64,000 nt of DNA from Rhynchobatus australiae (Eukaryota). Numbering within the stretch: the stretch's first letter is position 1; the number at the start of each line of letters is the position of its first letter. Shown here one piece after another: positions 36,901 to 50,667 of the stretch. A model generated the notes under the pieces. The model did no database searches and was not told the origin of the DNA. It worked only from the letters and a program-made list of their open reading frames with translations. Location: contig JAUZTB010000087.1 in NCBI GenBank assembly GCA_034780895.1, forward strand, positions 23,733,942 through 23,797,941, in the 5' to 3' direction. A program made the translations under genes and the position numbers.

Positions 36901-37654
36901 GAATTTGTAAGCCCTTGATACAAATACTTTGCGTGATACTTTTTTCCCCAGTGGAGTGGTATGTTTTAAATTCTTCATTTGTTTTTCCCCTGTTTACTTA
37001 CTATTTTGGTGCACTTGTGTCTCAGAATCATCAGATCTAAGAATTGTTATGCCACAGAAAGGGACCATTCATCCTACTGAGTCTGTGCTGGCTCCTAGTA
37101 GAGTAATCCCATCAGTCCTGCCTGATGTCCCCATAGCCCTGCAAATTATTCTCTCTCCAGTGGTTATCCAATTCTCTTTTTGAAAAGTCAAATTATTCTA
37201 TGTGTTAAATGCCTCAGTCTCCAGAGAGCAGCAGTAGTCAGTTGGACTTTACCTGAGCTTTAATCTGTGACAAAGTTTGCAGAAAAGTCAGCGACTTGCA
37301 GAGTATTGGGCAGTCTATGGGATGTCACGGTCAGTTGAACACATCAACAGGATGGGCAGAATCGCCATTCCTCTTCATGCTTTGAGACACAAGTTTTCCA
37401 GGCTATTCATTAGGTTCTGTCCTAAAAATATTTACACAGGACTCTCACTCCCTCCTACTTCAGCCTGCAGCCTCTCCATCCTCTCATTTATCCCTATCTA
37501 TGCAAGGCACTGGAAAGCAACAATATGAAATACCCACCATCCAATACCGCCAACAAATCATTTGCTTAATGTCGTTTCCATTTTCTTATTCCCGATTATT
37601 AACTCCTGGATTTAGCTTTTAGATGACAAACAATCACTTATATTTTGTTTAGTT

Positions 37655-38690
37655 TTGGGATGATTGACATTACTGGCAAAGCCAGCATTTATTGCCCATC
37701 CCTAATTGTCCTTGAAGGTAGTGGTGACTAGTCTTCTTGAATGGTTACGGTCTTTCTGGTGAAGGTTATCCCACAATGCTGTTGGGTAGCAAGTTCCACA
37801 ATTTAGACCAATGACAATGAAGGAACGATGACGTGTATCCAAGTCAGGATGATGTTCAAATTGGATGGGTCCCTGGAGGTGGTACATTACTTTGTATCTG
37901 CTGCCCTTGTCCTACTTGAAGTAGATGCTGTCAGAGTAGCCAGGACAAGTGAGTCTAGTGCATTGCTGATGGTGGAAAGAAAGAATGTACGGAGTAGTGG
38001 ATCAGATGCATCAAGTAGAATGCTTTATCCTGCAAAATGTTGTGCTTTTTGGTGTTGTTGGAGCTGCGCTCATCCAGGCAAATGGAGAGTGTTCCATCAC
38101 GCTCTTGACTCGGGCATTGTAAACAACGAAAAGGCTTTGGGATGTTTGGAGGTTAGCCACTCACCATAGGACACCCAACATCTGCTCTTGCAGCTATAGT
38201 ATTTATTTGGCTGGCCCAGCTGAGTTTCTGGTGAGTGGTAACCCTCAGGATATTGATGCTGGGGAACTTGGTGGTGGAAAGGCCCTTGAATGTCAAAGGT
38301 AAGTGATTAGACTCTCTCTTGTTAGAGATGGCCATTGCCTGCCACTTATGTAGCGCAAATATTTTTCTGGCAAGTTATGAGCCCATGCCAAAATGCTGTC
38401 TAAGTTTTGCCATAAGCAGGCATAGCCTTTTCCATTTTCTGAGTAGTTACAAATGCAATTGAACATTGTGTAGTTATCAGCAAATATCCTCTAGGACACA
38501 GCCCTGGGGAACTCCAGCTGCTGACTGCTTCCAGGCAATTTTCCAGGACAGTTAAGAGTCACACGCTGCTGTGGGTCTGTAGTCACATATAACTGAACCA
38601 GTTAAAGGTGGCAGATTTTCTTCCCTGAAAGATGTTAGTGAACCAGGTCTTTTCATGACAGTCCAGTAGTTTTGTAGTCACTATCGCTGT
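37655..38690 (-). mobile_element. CR1-like LINE 3' portion joined to a SINE-head-type segment
   Basis: Reverse 3' tail at 37655-37740; ORF 38153-38335 (ISNKRESNHLPLTF...INILRVT...LSWASQIN); 38540-38690 matches the head region of 49110-49320 in reverse. Confidence 0.7.
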
Positions 38691-39469
38691 TTTTTTTGTT
38701 ATTCTCAATTTCTATACTTATGCAAATTCTGACAATCTGCTTTTATGCTTCCCACAGGTTTACTCCCATATTCTTCTCTTCTCCTTTATCATGTTTTCTG
38801 TCAGCCTTTGGTGATTTCCAAAATTTATGGAGAGCAAACAGTCCTGTTCCGCACAAACTCCCACATTCTGTAATTCAGATGTACAACCTTTGCTGCCGTA
38901 GCTTGATCTATATTATTTATATTTTACTTGGAGTCCATTATAAAAACTTAACTTAAACACACTAGTTTTAACTCATCATTAAGACACTGGAGAAAATTTT
39001 AAATGCTGAGCTTGAAGGGAAGTGAAGGCACCTCTTCCCCCACTTCAAATATCCATTCAAACCAAACTCATAACTTCACCCAGAGTTAATTTCCCAGATA
39101 AGACACATAAAATCATGTTTTTATACTTTACACAATTCAGTTTCAATAAAATAAAAGAACAAAATGTCATATGGCTCATCAGCCGATGACTTGTGCCTTA
39201 TGCCGAATTTCCCAGTAGCAGGCCTTCAGATAAAATAGTATTCTCCTCTTAAGTTGCATGAATTCTGTGATTTTTGTTCTGCATCCAACATGAACCTGAT
39301 GAGCCTCTCACATGGAGGAGCCCACACGTACGTAGCACATAACGTATGAATGGGAAACCAAATGTGCTTGGGAGACCTGCTTTAGTTGTGAGCCACCTCA
39401 GAATGGTCCTTTCAACGACTTTACTTTCCTGTGTGTCCTGTGGGACGCAGATCCCTGCCTACCTTGTAT

Positions 39470-40560
39470 CAGTTGCCACTACCCATAACCTCTATAGCTA
39501 CACACAACCCTCCCCTGTCACCATGATCGCCTAATCCAACCCCTCCTTAAACTGGTCCCAACTATTCTCCCATAACCCGATTACAGGCTCACAGCCCCTC
39601 CCTACAATGTTCCCATATGTAGTCCCATCAATTGTTGCATCCCTTTGACCAGCAACACCCCAGTGATCCTAGTGCCTGTCAACCATCCCCCATCCCAGAC
39701 TGGAAGCTCCTCCAGCTATTGGCATCCTCTACCACCATTCCTCCCAACCATTCACAGCCTGACTATCATTTCGCCTGGCTGCTGATCCCCTGACTAGTGA
39801 TATCCTTGACCACCAATATACCAACTACTTGAACCTTCAACTGTCCATTTCCATATCTAGTGAACCCCTCCCCCAATTATTAATCTCCCCACCTGACAAT
39901 CCCCCAGACTAGCAATCTGTCTGACTATTGACACACTAGCTACTGAACACCCCCACAACTATTCATCCTCTCCAACTAGCAACTCCCTACTACTGACTAC
40001 CAAGCATCCAACCATTGACCCCGCGCCCCCGACAACCATCCTGCCTGATCACAAATCCCGCTCCTCCCTCCAGTTTTCATGATCCCAACAACCAACTGCT
40101 CAACTTCCATTTCCCCAATCTATGGGCCCCCTGATTACTCGCCCTTCTCAATGATAGATTACTCAACTAACAATCTGCCCAACTACAATCCACAGACACA
40201 TAATCTCCTGTTAAAACTTTCAAGTTTTATCTATTCCTAATCTCCCCCGCTAATTTAGATGACATATCCCCCAACTACTGATCACCATAATTATCGATTT
40301 TCCCCTAACCTTCCCCTGACTACTAAATCTCCCCTCATGATTCCTGACCCCACCTGATTACTGATCTCTCCATCAATCCCTGACATAATGCCCAGTCACC
40401 AGTCATTCTTAACTCCCCTCAGCTACTCAATTCGTCTCAACCACTGATTACTCCCACTAGCAGAACTCTCCAACTACCAGCCATCTGAGTACTGATCTTC
40501 CAACTACCAACCACCCCATGATGATCAACTTCACGTCTGACTACCAATCAAACCTAGTAC
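39470..40560. repeat. C-rich degenerate tandem repeat (~16-18 nt units, CCCCAACTACTGATC-like)
   Basis: About 1.1 kb with strong C-over-G skew and recurring CCC(C/T)(A/G)ACTA(C/T)TGAT variants. Confidence 0.7.
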
Positions 40561-42139
40561 AGCTGTAGCTGTCAGGATGTAAAGTTATTGAGACTTTCCA
40601 GTATCAACGTGAGATCTGGATTAGCAAGTAGCTTGAACTCCCAAAAATAAAGAACTTGCTAAAACTAAGCCCCCAGAAAATTCTCTTGATCAAGGCTCAA
40701 GATTGATAAGTGCTAAAATCAAGAAGCAATCCCCCCAGGCTCCATCCAAATGTGATGCAAAAAACCCTGTCAAGGTCCACTGCCACACAATCTTATTCTC
40801 AGTAATTTCAGGACCAACTCATTTACATTCTTGAATCTTCCACCTTCAAAAGACAAGCAATTATAATATGTATCATATAGAAGATTGCAATTTGCCACAT
40901 TCTGCCTCTGAAGGGGTTAATTTTTGATTTGCATCAGAGCTACTAGTCTAGCTTCAATTATAGTTTAATATAGATTGGAAACATATTAAATCTGTAAACA
41001 ATTATATTCTTATTTCTTCAAGCAGTGAAGTCGATTAAAGACTCACGTTGTGAAACATTAAATTGGAGACAGTAAAAGTACAGAACTCCCCCAACAAATC
41101 TACAAACTGTTCCAGAAGNNNNNNNNNNNNNNNNNNNNNNNNNNNNNNNNNNNNNNNNNNNNNNNNNNNNNNNNNNNNNNNNNNNNNNNNNNNNNNNNNN
41201 NNNNNNNNNNNNNNNNNNNNNNNNNNNNNNNNNNNNNNNNNNNNNNNNNNNNNNNNNNNNNNNNNNNNNNNNNNNNNNNNNNNNNNNNNNNNNNNNNNNN
41301 NNNNNNNNNNNNNNNNNNNNNNNNNNNNNNNNNNNNNNNNNNNNNNNNNNNNNNNNNNNNNNNNNNNNNNNNNNNNNNNNNNNNNNNNNNNNNNNNNNNN
41401 NNNNNNNNNNNNNNNNNNNNNNNNNNNNNNNNNNNNNNNNNNNNNNNNNNNNNNNNNNNNNNNNNNNNNNNNNNNNNNNNNNNNNNNNTTGGTTGTTGTC
41501 TAAATATTGAAAGGTTTTACAGTCAAACTCCCAGCACTGCGTGCCTGCCATCTGCACATACCTAGGAAAATTAACAAAATCTGATTGTCTCCAGAAAGCA
41601 AATAGCTCAAAGTGATCCCAGTTACGCCACTGGCTCGTCAAAACCTATGGGTCAGGTCTATTCTGGCCAAAGTGTGGAATTATTTTGGAGATATCTATCT
41701 ACGTACCTACTCATTCTGTCCTTCTCTCCATTCATCGGTCTATCCATTTCACTTGGTCTCTATTTTCTCTGATGGTTCGTTTTTTAAACTTATCCATGTA
41801 CTTGTTTTACTGACTGAAAAAGATCCCCTTTTCTACCTCTCTCCACTACTTGTGTCTCTAACATGAATCTGCAGCTGCTCTATGGATAGCTTTGTGGGAT
41901 CAGAAAGATGCGCCTCTGTAAACATAGTCCATCTTTAGTCCCCAGACCAGGAATGAGTAGGGAGTGGGTAATGATAGTAAAGGTTTGAAAACCAAAAGTT
42001 CCCAGCATGAACTGAGACAGTGAAGGAAAACATGAACTGNNNNNNNNNNNNNNNNNNNNNNNNNNNNNNNNNNNNNNNNNNNNNNNNNNNNNNNNNNNNN
42101 NNNNNNNNNNNNNNNNNNNNNNNNNNNNNNNNNNNNNNN

Positions 42140-43320
42140 AGAGGCTGTGGATGTTGTGTATTTAGACTTTCAAAAGGCCTTTGACAAGGTGCCGCACAAG
42201 AGGCTGATTAATAAGATGAGAGCTCATAGAATTTCAGGAAGGATATTGAAATGGGTGGAGCATTGGCTGATAGGCAGAAAGCAAAGGGTGGGAATAAAGG
42301 GATCCTGTTCTGGTTGGTTACCGGTTACTAGTGGTGTTCCGCAGGGGTCGGTGTTGGGGCCACTTCTTTTCACCCTGTACATCAATAATTTGGATTATGG
42401 AGCAAATGGTTTTGTGGCTAAGTTTGCAGATGACACCAAGATAGGTGAAGGAGTAGGGAGTATTGAAGAAACAGGAAGGTTGCAGAGAGACATAGATAGT
42501 TTGGGAGAATGGGCAATGAAATGGCCGATGAGATTCAATGTTGAGAAATGTGCTGTTGTACACTTTGGAAAAAGAAATATACAGGCAGATTATTATCTAG
42601 AAGGGGAGAAAATTCAAAGTACAGAAGTACAAAGGGACTTGAGGGTACTCATGCAGGATACCCTTAACCACCAGGTCGGATCGGCGGTAAGGAAAGCGAA
42701 TGCTACGTTGGCATTCATTTCTGAGAGGTATAAAGTATAAAAGTAAGGAAGTGTTGATGAGGCTCTGAGGGGCACTGGTGAGGCCTCATTTGGAGTACTG
42801 TGTGCAGTTTTGGGCCCTGTATCTTAGGAAGGATGTACTGATGTTGGAGAGGGTTCAGAGGAGGTTTATGAGGATGATTCCTGGAATGAAAGGGCTTACA
42901 TACAATGAGCGTTTGTTGGCTCTTGGACTGTACTCACTGAAGTACAGAAGAATAAGAGGGGACTTCATAGAAACGTTTAGAATGTTGAAAGTACTGGACA
43001 GAATAGATGGCGCTAAGCTGTTTCCCTTGGTGGGTGAGTCCAGGACCAGAGGGCACAATTAGTGGGTACCGATTTAAAACAGAAATGAGAAATTTCTTTA
43101 GCCAGAGGGTAGTGAATTTATGGAATTCTTTGCCATGTACAGTAGTGGAGGCCCAATCATTGGAGGCATTTAAGGAAGAGATAAATAAGTATCTTAATTA
43201 GTCAAGGGATATGGGGGTAAGGCCGGAAATTGGAGCTAGAAAGGAATAGTTTTTCTCTAGCTCATGGAGCAAACTCGATGGGCTGAACGGCCTACTTCTG
43301 CTCCCTTGTTTTGTGATCTT
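42140..43320 (+). mobile_element. CR1 LINE reverse transcriptase region and 3' UTR (relatively young)
   Basis: ORF 42147-42740 has DVVYLDFQKAFDKVPH, SGVPQGSVLGPLLF and KFADDTK; ORF 42778-43062 has [11 protein letters not shown] and ERVQRRF; few disruptions. Confidence 0.95.
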
Positions 43321-43887
43321 TTGGGACATTACGAAAATATATTAATATTGGGATGAGGGCAGAAAGTGATACTAAGGTAAAAGATCAGCCATAATGTTAT
43401 TGAATGGTGGAACAGGTGTAAGGGTTGAATGGCCAACACCTGTGTCTATTTCTTATGATGCAGGTAAAGTTGGACTTCAGTTGTAGCATAATCTGGCCAC
43501 TGGCTTTCAGTCAACTGCTCTAGTACCTCATGCTATGGCTCAATGTTAATGTTTGTTTTTTAAATTTCCATTAATATACATGCAGATATTTTACTATATT
43601 AAAGACACTATTGTTTTGTTCTTATTCTGATCGTGAATTGTAAAGTCTGCATTACACTCCGATTGGTTCTCTCTACCATTGACTTCTTGGCTGCAGTAGC
43701 TGCCAATTTGCCTGTTTCATTTTAATGGAATTTCACACACTAATTCCAGAACACCGATTGTCTATATGAAGCAGTGACAGTAGAAATGTCTGTTCACATT
43801 AATGGCAACTTGTTCAGATAATAAAAATGTCTGAAACCATCAAATGTTACTGAGACGGAACATCTGTGAGGTTTCTATTTGTCCAAT

Positions 43888-44765
43888 ATACACCGCTCAT
43901 GAATGTGTGGCCAGATTCTACTCTAATTCCATCTACAAGTTTGCAGATTATACCACCGTAGTGGGCTGTATCTCAAATAACAATGAGTCGGAGTACAGGA
44001 AGGAGATGGAGAGCTTAGTGTCATGACAACAACCTGCCCCTCAATGTCAGCAAAACAAAAGAGCTGGTCATTGACTTCAGGAAGTGGAGCAGTGCATATG
44101 CTCTTGTTTACATCAATGGTGCTGAGGTCGAGAGGGTTGAGAGCTTCAAGTTCCTAGGAGTGAACATCACCAATAGCCTGTTGTGGTCCAACCGCATAGA
44201 CGCCACATTTAAGAAAACTCACTAGCACCTCTTCTTCTTCAGGAGGCTGAAGAAATTTGGCATGTGCCTGTTGATGCTCACCAATTTTTATTGATGCACC
44301 ATAGAAAGCATCCTATCTGGATGCATCATGGCTTGGTATAGCAACTGCTCTGCCCAAGACTCTACGAAACTGCAGGAAACAGCACATCACGCAAACCCAC
44401 CTCCCCTCCACGGACTCTGTCCACACTTCTCGTTGCCTCGGTAAAGCAGCCACCCATCCCAGATCTTCTCCCATCAGAAGGTACAAAAGTCTAAAAGTAT
44501 GCACCACCAGACTCAAGGACAGTTTCTATCCCACTGTTATAAGCCTATTGAACTGATCCCTCACAATCTATCTTGTTATGGCCTTGCACCTTATTATTGC
44601 CTGCACTTTCTCTGTAACTGTAACACTTTACGCTACATTGTTATTGTTTTCCCTTGTACTACCTCAATACATTGTTGTAATGAAATGATCTGTACGGATA
44701 GCCTGCAAAACAAAGTTTTTGACTGTACCTTAGTACATGGGACAATAATAAACCAATTTAACAAT
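43888..44765 (+). mobile_element. Rex1/Babar-clade LINE, 5'-truncated
   Basis: HECVARFYSNSIYKFADYTTVVGCISNNNESEYRKE, LNVSKTKELVIDFRK, ERVESFKFLGV and IESILSGCIMAWY; tail GTACATGGGACAATAATAAACCAATTTA. Confidence 0.9.
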
Positions 44766-45230
44766 TTTTTTTTACCAATTTATTTTGCACAGCCAGTGAG
44801 TTAATTTTGTGAAATTACAGTGCTGTTCTGCAAGGCAATACAGCTCAAATTAGTCACCAAGAAACTAATTCTCTTGATTCTTGTCAATTGTATTATTCTT
44901 ACACACAGTTAATAACTAATATGCCAAACTGTTACCAAATTCAATTCTTCCTTCAGCTATTTTTCCTCCTCTGCTTGAAATATCACTGCTTAGTGTGCAT
45001 TGCTTGGCTCATGCAGGCCATTGAAGCCAACTATAATATTCAACTGAGATTAGCTGAATAAAGATTGAACCTGCGATTTTCTGGCTTGGAAAGCCTTATA
45101 AACCATCAGGGTTATATTAAGTAAGTTATTNNNNNNNNNNNNNNNNNNNNNNNNNNNNNNNNNNNNNNNNNNNNNNNNNNNNNNNNNNNNNNNNNNNNNN
45201 NNNNNNNNNNNNNNNNNNNNNNNNNNNNNN

Positions 45231-45470
45231 AGTACGATAAGATAGACTCTTGACCTTACAATCCACCTCGTTATGACCTAGCACCTTATTGATTACCTGC
45301 ACTGCATTTTCTCTGTAACTGTAACACTTTATTTTGCATTCTGTTATTGTTTTACCCTGTACTACCTCAATGCACTGTTGTAATGAATTAATCTGTATGA
45401 ACAGTATGCAAGACAAGATTTTCACTGTACCTCGGTACATGTGACAATAATAACCCAATTTAAATTTACA
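45231..45470 (+). mobile_element. Rex1/Babar 3' UTR copy
   Basis: Aligns with 44570-44765 (GCACCTTATT...TCTCTGTAACTGTAACACTTTA...GTACATGTGACAATAATAA). Confidence 0.85.
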
Positions 45471-48400
45471 AATTTTCATGAAAAGACTTACCTCATTTAC
45501 CTAAATTAGTTGCATGTAGGTTGATCTGAAGCTTGAGGAGTCCAAAGTGTGCTCAGGAATACTGCTGAAGATTTTATCAGCTTAAAAAACCTTTAGTTAT
45601 CCTGCTGCTTGACTGCTTATTAATCTAGGCATTGGCTGTAGGATTATTTAGGCTCATAGGTGAGTGGACTGTGGTGAGGAGTAGGGATGCAAACTGATTT
45701 ATCACCCTACATGTCTATCTCAAAGCAATCACATCAGATGAAACTATGTCCATTGAGATCCCCAAACTTGGCAAAGGTCAGGAACTGAGACTGGTTATCA
45801 GGTCTGTCTGGTCTCCTTGCTCCAAAATGCAGTCTTTTTGAACTTGGGTCAAGCACAAGTCTATATTCTTAACAATTTAAATCAGCAGTTAACACAGTTA
45901 TTATTCCTAATTAACTTAATGCATTCACACATACTCAACAAATTAGGCATTAAGGGGATTTTTCTCTGCCTTTATAACTAATGAAATTGTGGTAACCTAA
46001 TCTGATAGGCATGGCATATTTCCCTTCTTCTGTTTGAATTGTAAATCTAATAGGGACTCTGACCATTCCAGGAAGAACATCAACCATGTAAAATGTTAAC
46101 ATACATACAGTATCTTTTTGTATTTAATCTCAGCCTTTTCAATGATACTGTAAATGTTTCTGATCTTTTTTAATGATTTTACCAGAGGAAGAAATCACTT
46201 AAAATAAAATGGTAGTTTCAAATTTCATAAAGATATATAAAAATTTGAAGCAATCTTTGCAAGGAAACAAGTTTACTTTTACTTTGACAAAGGTAGTAAA
46301 TGCTTTGATTTATGACATAGCACATAGCTTCGCTGAGGCTGCCTTATTAACTCTGTAAAACCTGNNNNNNNNNNNNNNNNNNNNNNNNNNNNNNNNNNNN
46401 NNNNNNNNNNNNNNNNNNNNNNNNNNNNNNNNNNNNNNNNNNNNNNNNNNNNNNNNNNNNNNNNNNNNNNNNNNNNNNNNNNNNNNNNNNNNNNNNNNNN
46501 NNNNNNNNNNNNNNNNNNNNNNNNNNNNNNNNNNNNNNNNNNNNNNNNNNNNNNNNNNNNNNNNNNNNNNNNNNNNNNNNNNNNNNNNNNNNNNNNNNNN
46601 NNNNNNNNNNNNNNNNNNNNNNNNNNNNNNNNNNNNNNNNNNNNNNNNNNNNNNNNNNNNNNNNNNNNNNNNNNNNNNNNNNNNNNNNNNNNNNNNNNNN
46701 NNNNNNNNNNNNNNNNNNNNNNNNNNNNNNNNNNNNNNNNNNNNNNNNNNNNNNNNNNNNNNNNNNNNNNNNNNNNNNNNNNNNNNNNNNNNNNNNNNNN
46801 NNNNNNNNNNNNNNNNNNNNNNNNNNNNNNNNNNNNNNNNNNNNNNNNNNNNNNNNNNNNNNNNNNNNNNNNNNNNNNNNNNNNNNNNNNNNNNNNNNNN
46901 NNNNNNNNNNNNNNNNNNNNNNNNNNNNNNNNNNNNNNNNNNNNNNNNNNNNNNNNNNNNNNNNNNNNNNNNNNNNNNNNNNNNNNNNNNNNNNNNNNNN
47001 NNNNNNNNNNNNNNNNNNNNNNNNNNNNNNNGCTGAACAACTTTAGAGCAGTTGGTTTTGGTGCTATGGTTCTGGTTGAGTTCTTTTTACTCATTTTGTG
47101 GGTTTGCTTAACAACCATAGAGCCAGTATTAATTGGCCATCCTCTGATCAAATGGACAATTGGTGCTGAATTACTGTTAGAGGCATTGTTAATCTCTTTA
47201 GAACCTTACAGGCAGCTTTCCTTATGACATAGCACAGAGTAGTCCACTCAGGAAATATCATTTTGGATCCTTCCAGCTGGTTGGTGTCTCTCCTATGCCT
47301 TCTGGAGACAGGTTTTGTATCTCTCCTATGCCTTGGTACTAATTAAGCAAAGCCCGACCAAACTGAACTGATCTAATCCCTCCGATGTTTCGAGGGTTTA
47401 AGTTCAAGAATCATTTTGTGAACCTTTTGTTCTAGCATGGAGCCTGGATAAATAGGTACACAGGTCAGAGGCAAGGGGATAACACCATCTAACAAGAGTC
47501 CAAACAGGAAGCACATCCCCACAAAATGATCCCCATTCTACATTGCTAACCGCCTAAGCATGGAGATGATTGTGTGTTTATTGCTGCATGTGGTGCATTA
47601 AGAGAAACATGAAAGGGATAAGCTCAGTCATGGAGACAGGCATCTCCAGAATGGTTATGTTAATAGAGACTGGAAATAGTCTCTGCATTTTAAATATGTT
47701 AAAACTAGCCACATCAAGTATTTTAAATTGGCTTTGAACATGGGATTTTTTTTCGCTCTGCTATTATGATGCATATTTGCTAATTATTTCTAAAAAGCGG
47801 ATGGTATAGCTTGTGTTCCTGCCAAGGATCATCAGAGGCCAGAATACCTAGCTTGAGGGATAGCTTTGAATGTCGTTGGGTTTTCAACCTTTTCAGGAAA
47901 AAAAGGAAGGAAAAATATTTTTGAATTTAAATTTGAGAAGCAGACACAATGATCAGATATTTTGTTTGGAATTCACTCAGAGATTCAAAAATGTGACTTT
48001 TGCCGTTTTTGAATACACTNNNNNNNNNNNNNNNNNNNNNNATGGTATATTTTTAATTTACTCTCAGTTTTCCCCTTTGAACAACTCTCTTTGTGCCACA
48101 TATTTATTCTGCTGGTGGTGGGAAGGTGGTTGGGAGCTGGGGAAGGGAAGATGCAGGGATGTGGCCTGTTCTGTCTGTGTCCCAAGCCCCGTCAGAGCCA
48201 ATGGGTAATGACAGAAAAAAATTTAAACATGAAAACATTTTCTCAACGTGGTGCAAACTGTGTCCTGTAAGTCCAGTGCAAATACATTTAAATATTTGTC
48301 TTAAATTGCTTTATTTGTAAAATTATTGTTTGCTTAGAATTGTTTGTCGGCAGCTGCAAGGATTGACTATTCAGTTTGATAGATACACCAGAAGGGGTAG

Positions 48401-48540
48401 AAGATATTACTATATCTACTTCTTGAACTTAGATTATCAAAAACATGGGGAAATTAGAAGCTACAAAAATAATCCCACTATATCATAGACTTTCCCAGTC
48501 TTTCTGCGTTGAAATATTGTTAGTGACCTCTTTAGGACTC

Positions 48541-48835
48541 AAAATCAGAATCAGATTTATTATCACTGACTTGTATGTCATGAAATGTGTTGTTTTGCGG
48601 CAGCCCTAAAGTGCAAGTAATAAACTTACTATAAATTACAAAATAAATAAACAGTGCAAAAAAAGGAATAACAAAGTAATGTTCATGGGTTCACGGACAA
48701 TTCAGAAATCTGCTGGCAGAAGGGAAGAAGCTGTTCCTAAATCATTGAGTGTGGGTTTTCAGGCTCCTGTACCTCCTCCTTGATGGTAATAATGAGAAGG
48801 GGGCATATCCCAAATGGTGAGAGTCCTTCGTGATG
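48541..48835 (-). mobile_element. Rex1/Babar-like LINE 3' end (different subfamily, TCTGAT-type tail)
   Basis: Reverse strand encodes SLLPSRRRYRSLKTHTQ*FRNSFFPS and ends GTGATAATAAATCTGATTCTGAT. Confidence 0.75.
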
Positions 48836-49109
48836 AATTCTGTCAACTGATGTCTGAAATTTCCATAACTTACTCACAATATCCCTATAAAACAAAAACA
48901 GATAACATAATCATAAAGAACCAGGCATAAGCCATCATGCATTTTGAAAACTTGTTTATGATCACCAAGGAGGTACAACAGAGTCACAGACACTCCCAGT
49001 GTTATGAGCGCTACTGCCAAACCTCCAACACATGGCAACACTTTCAATCGTATTCAACCATCATCATGTGTGACATTGCAATCAACACAATTATACGTGT
49101 AATCAAGAG

Positions 49110-49410
49110 ATCTGGACTAATGACTAGTAGACAGAGTTCAGAATCCACTATGGAAGCTGGCAAATTTAAATCAGTTAATTGTATAAATCTGGAAGAAAAG
49201 AACACTACTAGTTACAAAAACCCAATAAGGAGAAATATCTGCTATCCTTCCCTGACCTGGTCAACATGTGACTCCAGGCCTACAGCACATTGGTTAACTT
49301 TCAGCCACGCTTGAAAGGCCAACTAAGGAAGGGCATTAAATGCCCAGCGGTCTAAGGAACACAAAGAACTGGCTGACTTTGCCAGTGACACCACAACATA
49401 TGAATGAATA
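49110..49410 (+). mobile_element. tRNA-like SINE (same head as 21640; related reverse copy at ~12845-13045)
   Basis: CTGGACTAATGA...GAGTTCAGAATCCAC...AATCTGGAA...ACATGTGACTCCAG...TGCCAGTGACACCACA..ATGAATGAATAAA. Confidence 0.65.
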
Positions 49411-49444
49411 AACAGAGAGGAAAAGAATTGAAGAGGACCAGTGG

Positions 49445-49640
49445 TACCCTGGCCAACATTTATATTTCAGTCAAATCACTAAAACAGATTAAAGAATTAT
49501 TTGTCATGTTGTGACAACTTTGCTCTGTGCTAATTGGTTGCCATGTATCCCCATATTACGACAGTGGCTGTGCTTCCCAAAGTACCTCATTGACTGTGAG
49601 TGCTTTAGGAAGTCCTAATATCACAAAATATTTTACATTA
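49445..49640 (+). mobile_element. DeuSINE/SacSINE1-like SINE 3' half
   Basis: CCTGGCCAACATTTAT...CACTAAAACAGATTA...TAATTGGTTGCC...AAAGTACCTCATTGACTGT. Confidence 0.65.
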
Positions 49641-50667
49641 AGGCATTTCTTTATTTCTGAAGTTATATTACTGAAAGGTTAAAATGTTTATATTTAACCC
49701 TTCATTGAAAAATGTTCCCAGAGACAATTCTGAGTTGTTTCTGAATTACATTTACTTTACATGATACCATCTGTTCTTGGTTTTACATACTGTGTGTTCT
49801 ACATTTTTACTGGATTGATTTTTTAAGAGATGTTTCTGTGCCATTGTGTTTATGCAGAGCTTGCTTACGAGCATAAGATAGTTAATAGTGTCAAAAGTAG
49901 GAGAAGAAATCAGAGAAGCTTACAAGGGATTTCTCATCAAAATGTTATCTTAAAGTTATAATGTAATTTTACCAGGTTGGAGAGGCATGCATGGAGAAAC
50001 TGAAAATGCTTTTGCTGGCCCAGAGGTTCATATGAAGTCATAAAAAGTATATCGAAAGCAAACAACTATGCTTGGTATTTAAACATTGACAGCTTGCAAT
50101 CTGGCATTACCTTTCTCAGCAAAGGAGGGCACATATTGCTGGTGATTAAGCTTTGTCTGAGTAATGATAAAGTTATCTCATTCTAACAAAATTCTGCAAT
50201 GAACTCTTTCCTTAGCATAGTTAATGATATGTTTGCCTTGGTCAAAGGATCAGTAAAGAGTAGGATTCAAAGTGACTTGATGCACTGTACAGTTTGAAGA
50301 GGCAAACAAAATTATCTGTGGGGAATGTGACTGCATTCTCATGGCAATACCACATACCTGTTCAACTGTTATGTGGAATATAACTGGGCAAATAAAGAAG
50401 CCAAAACTGTGGTAAAGACCTGTGCTGTGCGGATGAGTAAGGACCCTCAGAACCTTTGATCTGGAGCATTTTTATAGAGGAGGTTGTAGGGAATGACTTT
50501 ATTTGGTCAAATCCATAGCATCATGACTGACATTTGGAATTCTGACAATATGGAGCACTGGATTTGGAAATAATTTGTTGTGAGTCCTTGTGTCCTTCCT
50601 CAAATTCCTCCATTTTATAATTAATGCACAGCAGATAAAATGAATGTGACCCACAATGTAGTTCATC

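Noticed and set aside
42505-42540. ATGAAATGGCCG (MKWP), resembling the TCF7L1/L2 YLQMKWP exon (also at ~10658)
   Set aside because: It lies inside CR1 RT sequence (WAxKWxMxFN motif) and has no splice context.
42147-43062. RT ORFs as an active or domesticated gene, or a prokaryotic RT system
   Set aside because: Ordinary CR1 ORF2 with a frameshift and deletion. No prokaryotic gene organisation, CRISPR array or operon is present anywhere in the window.
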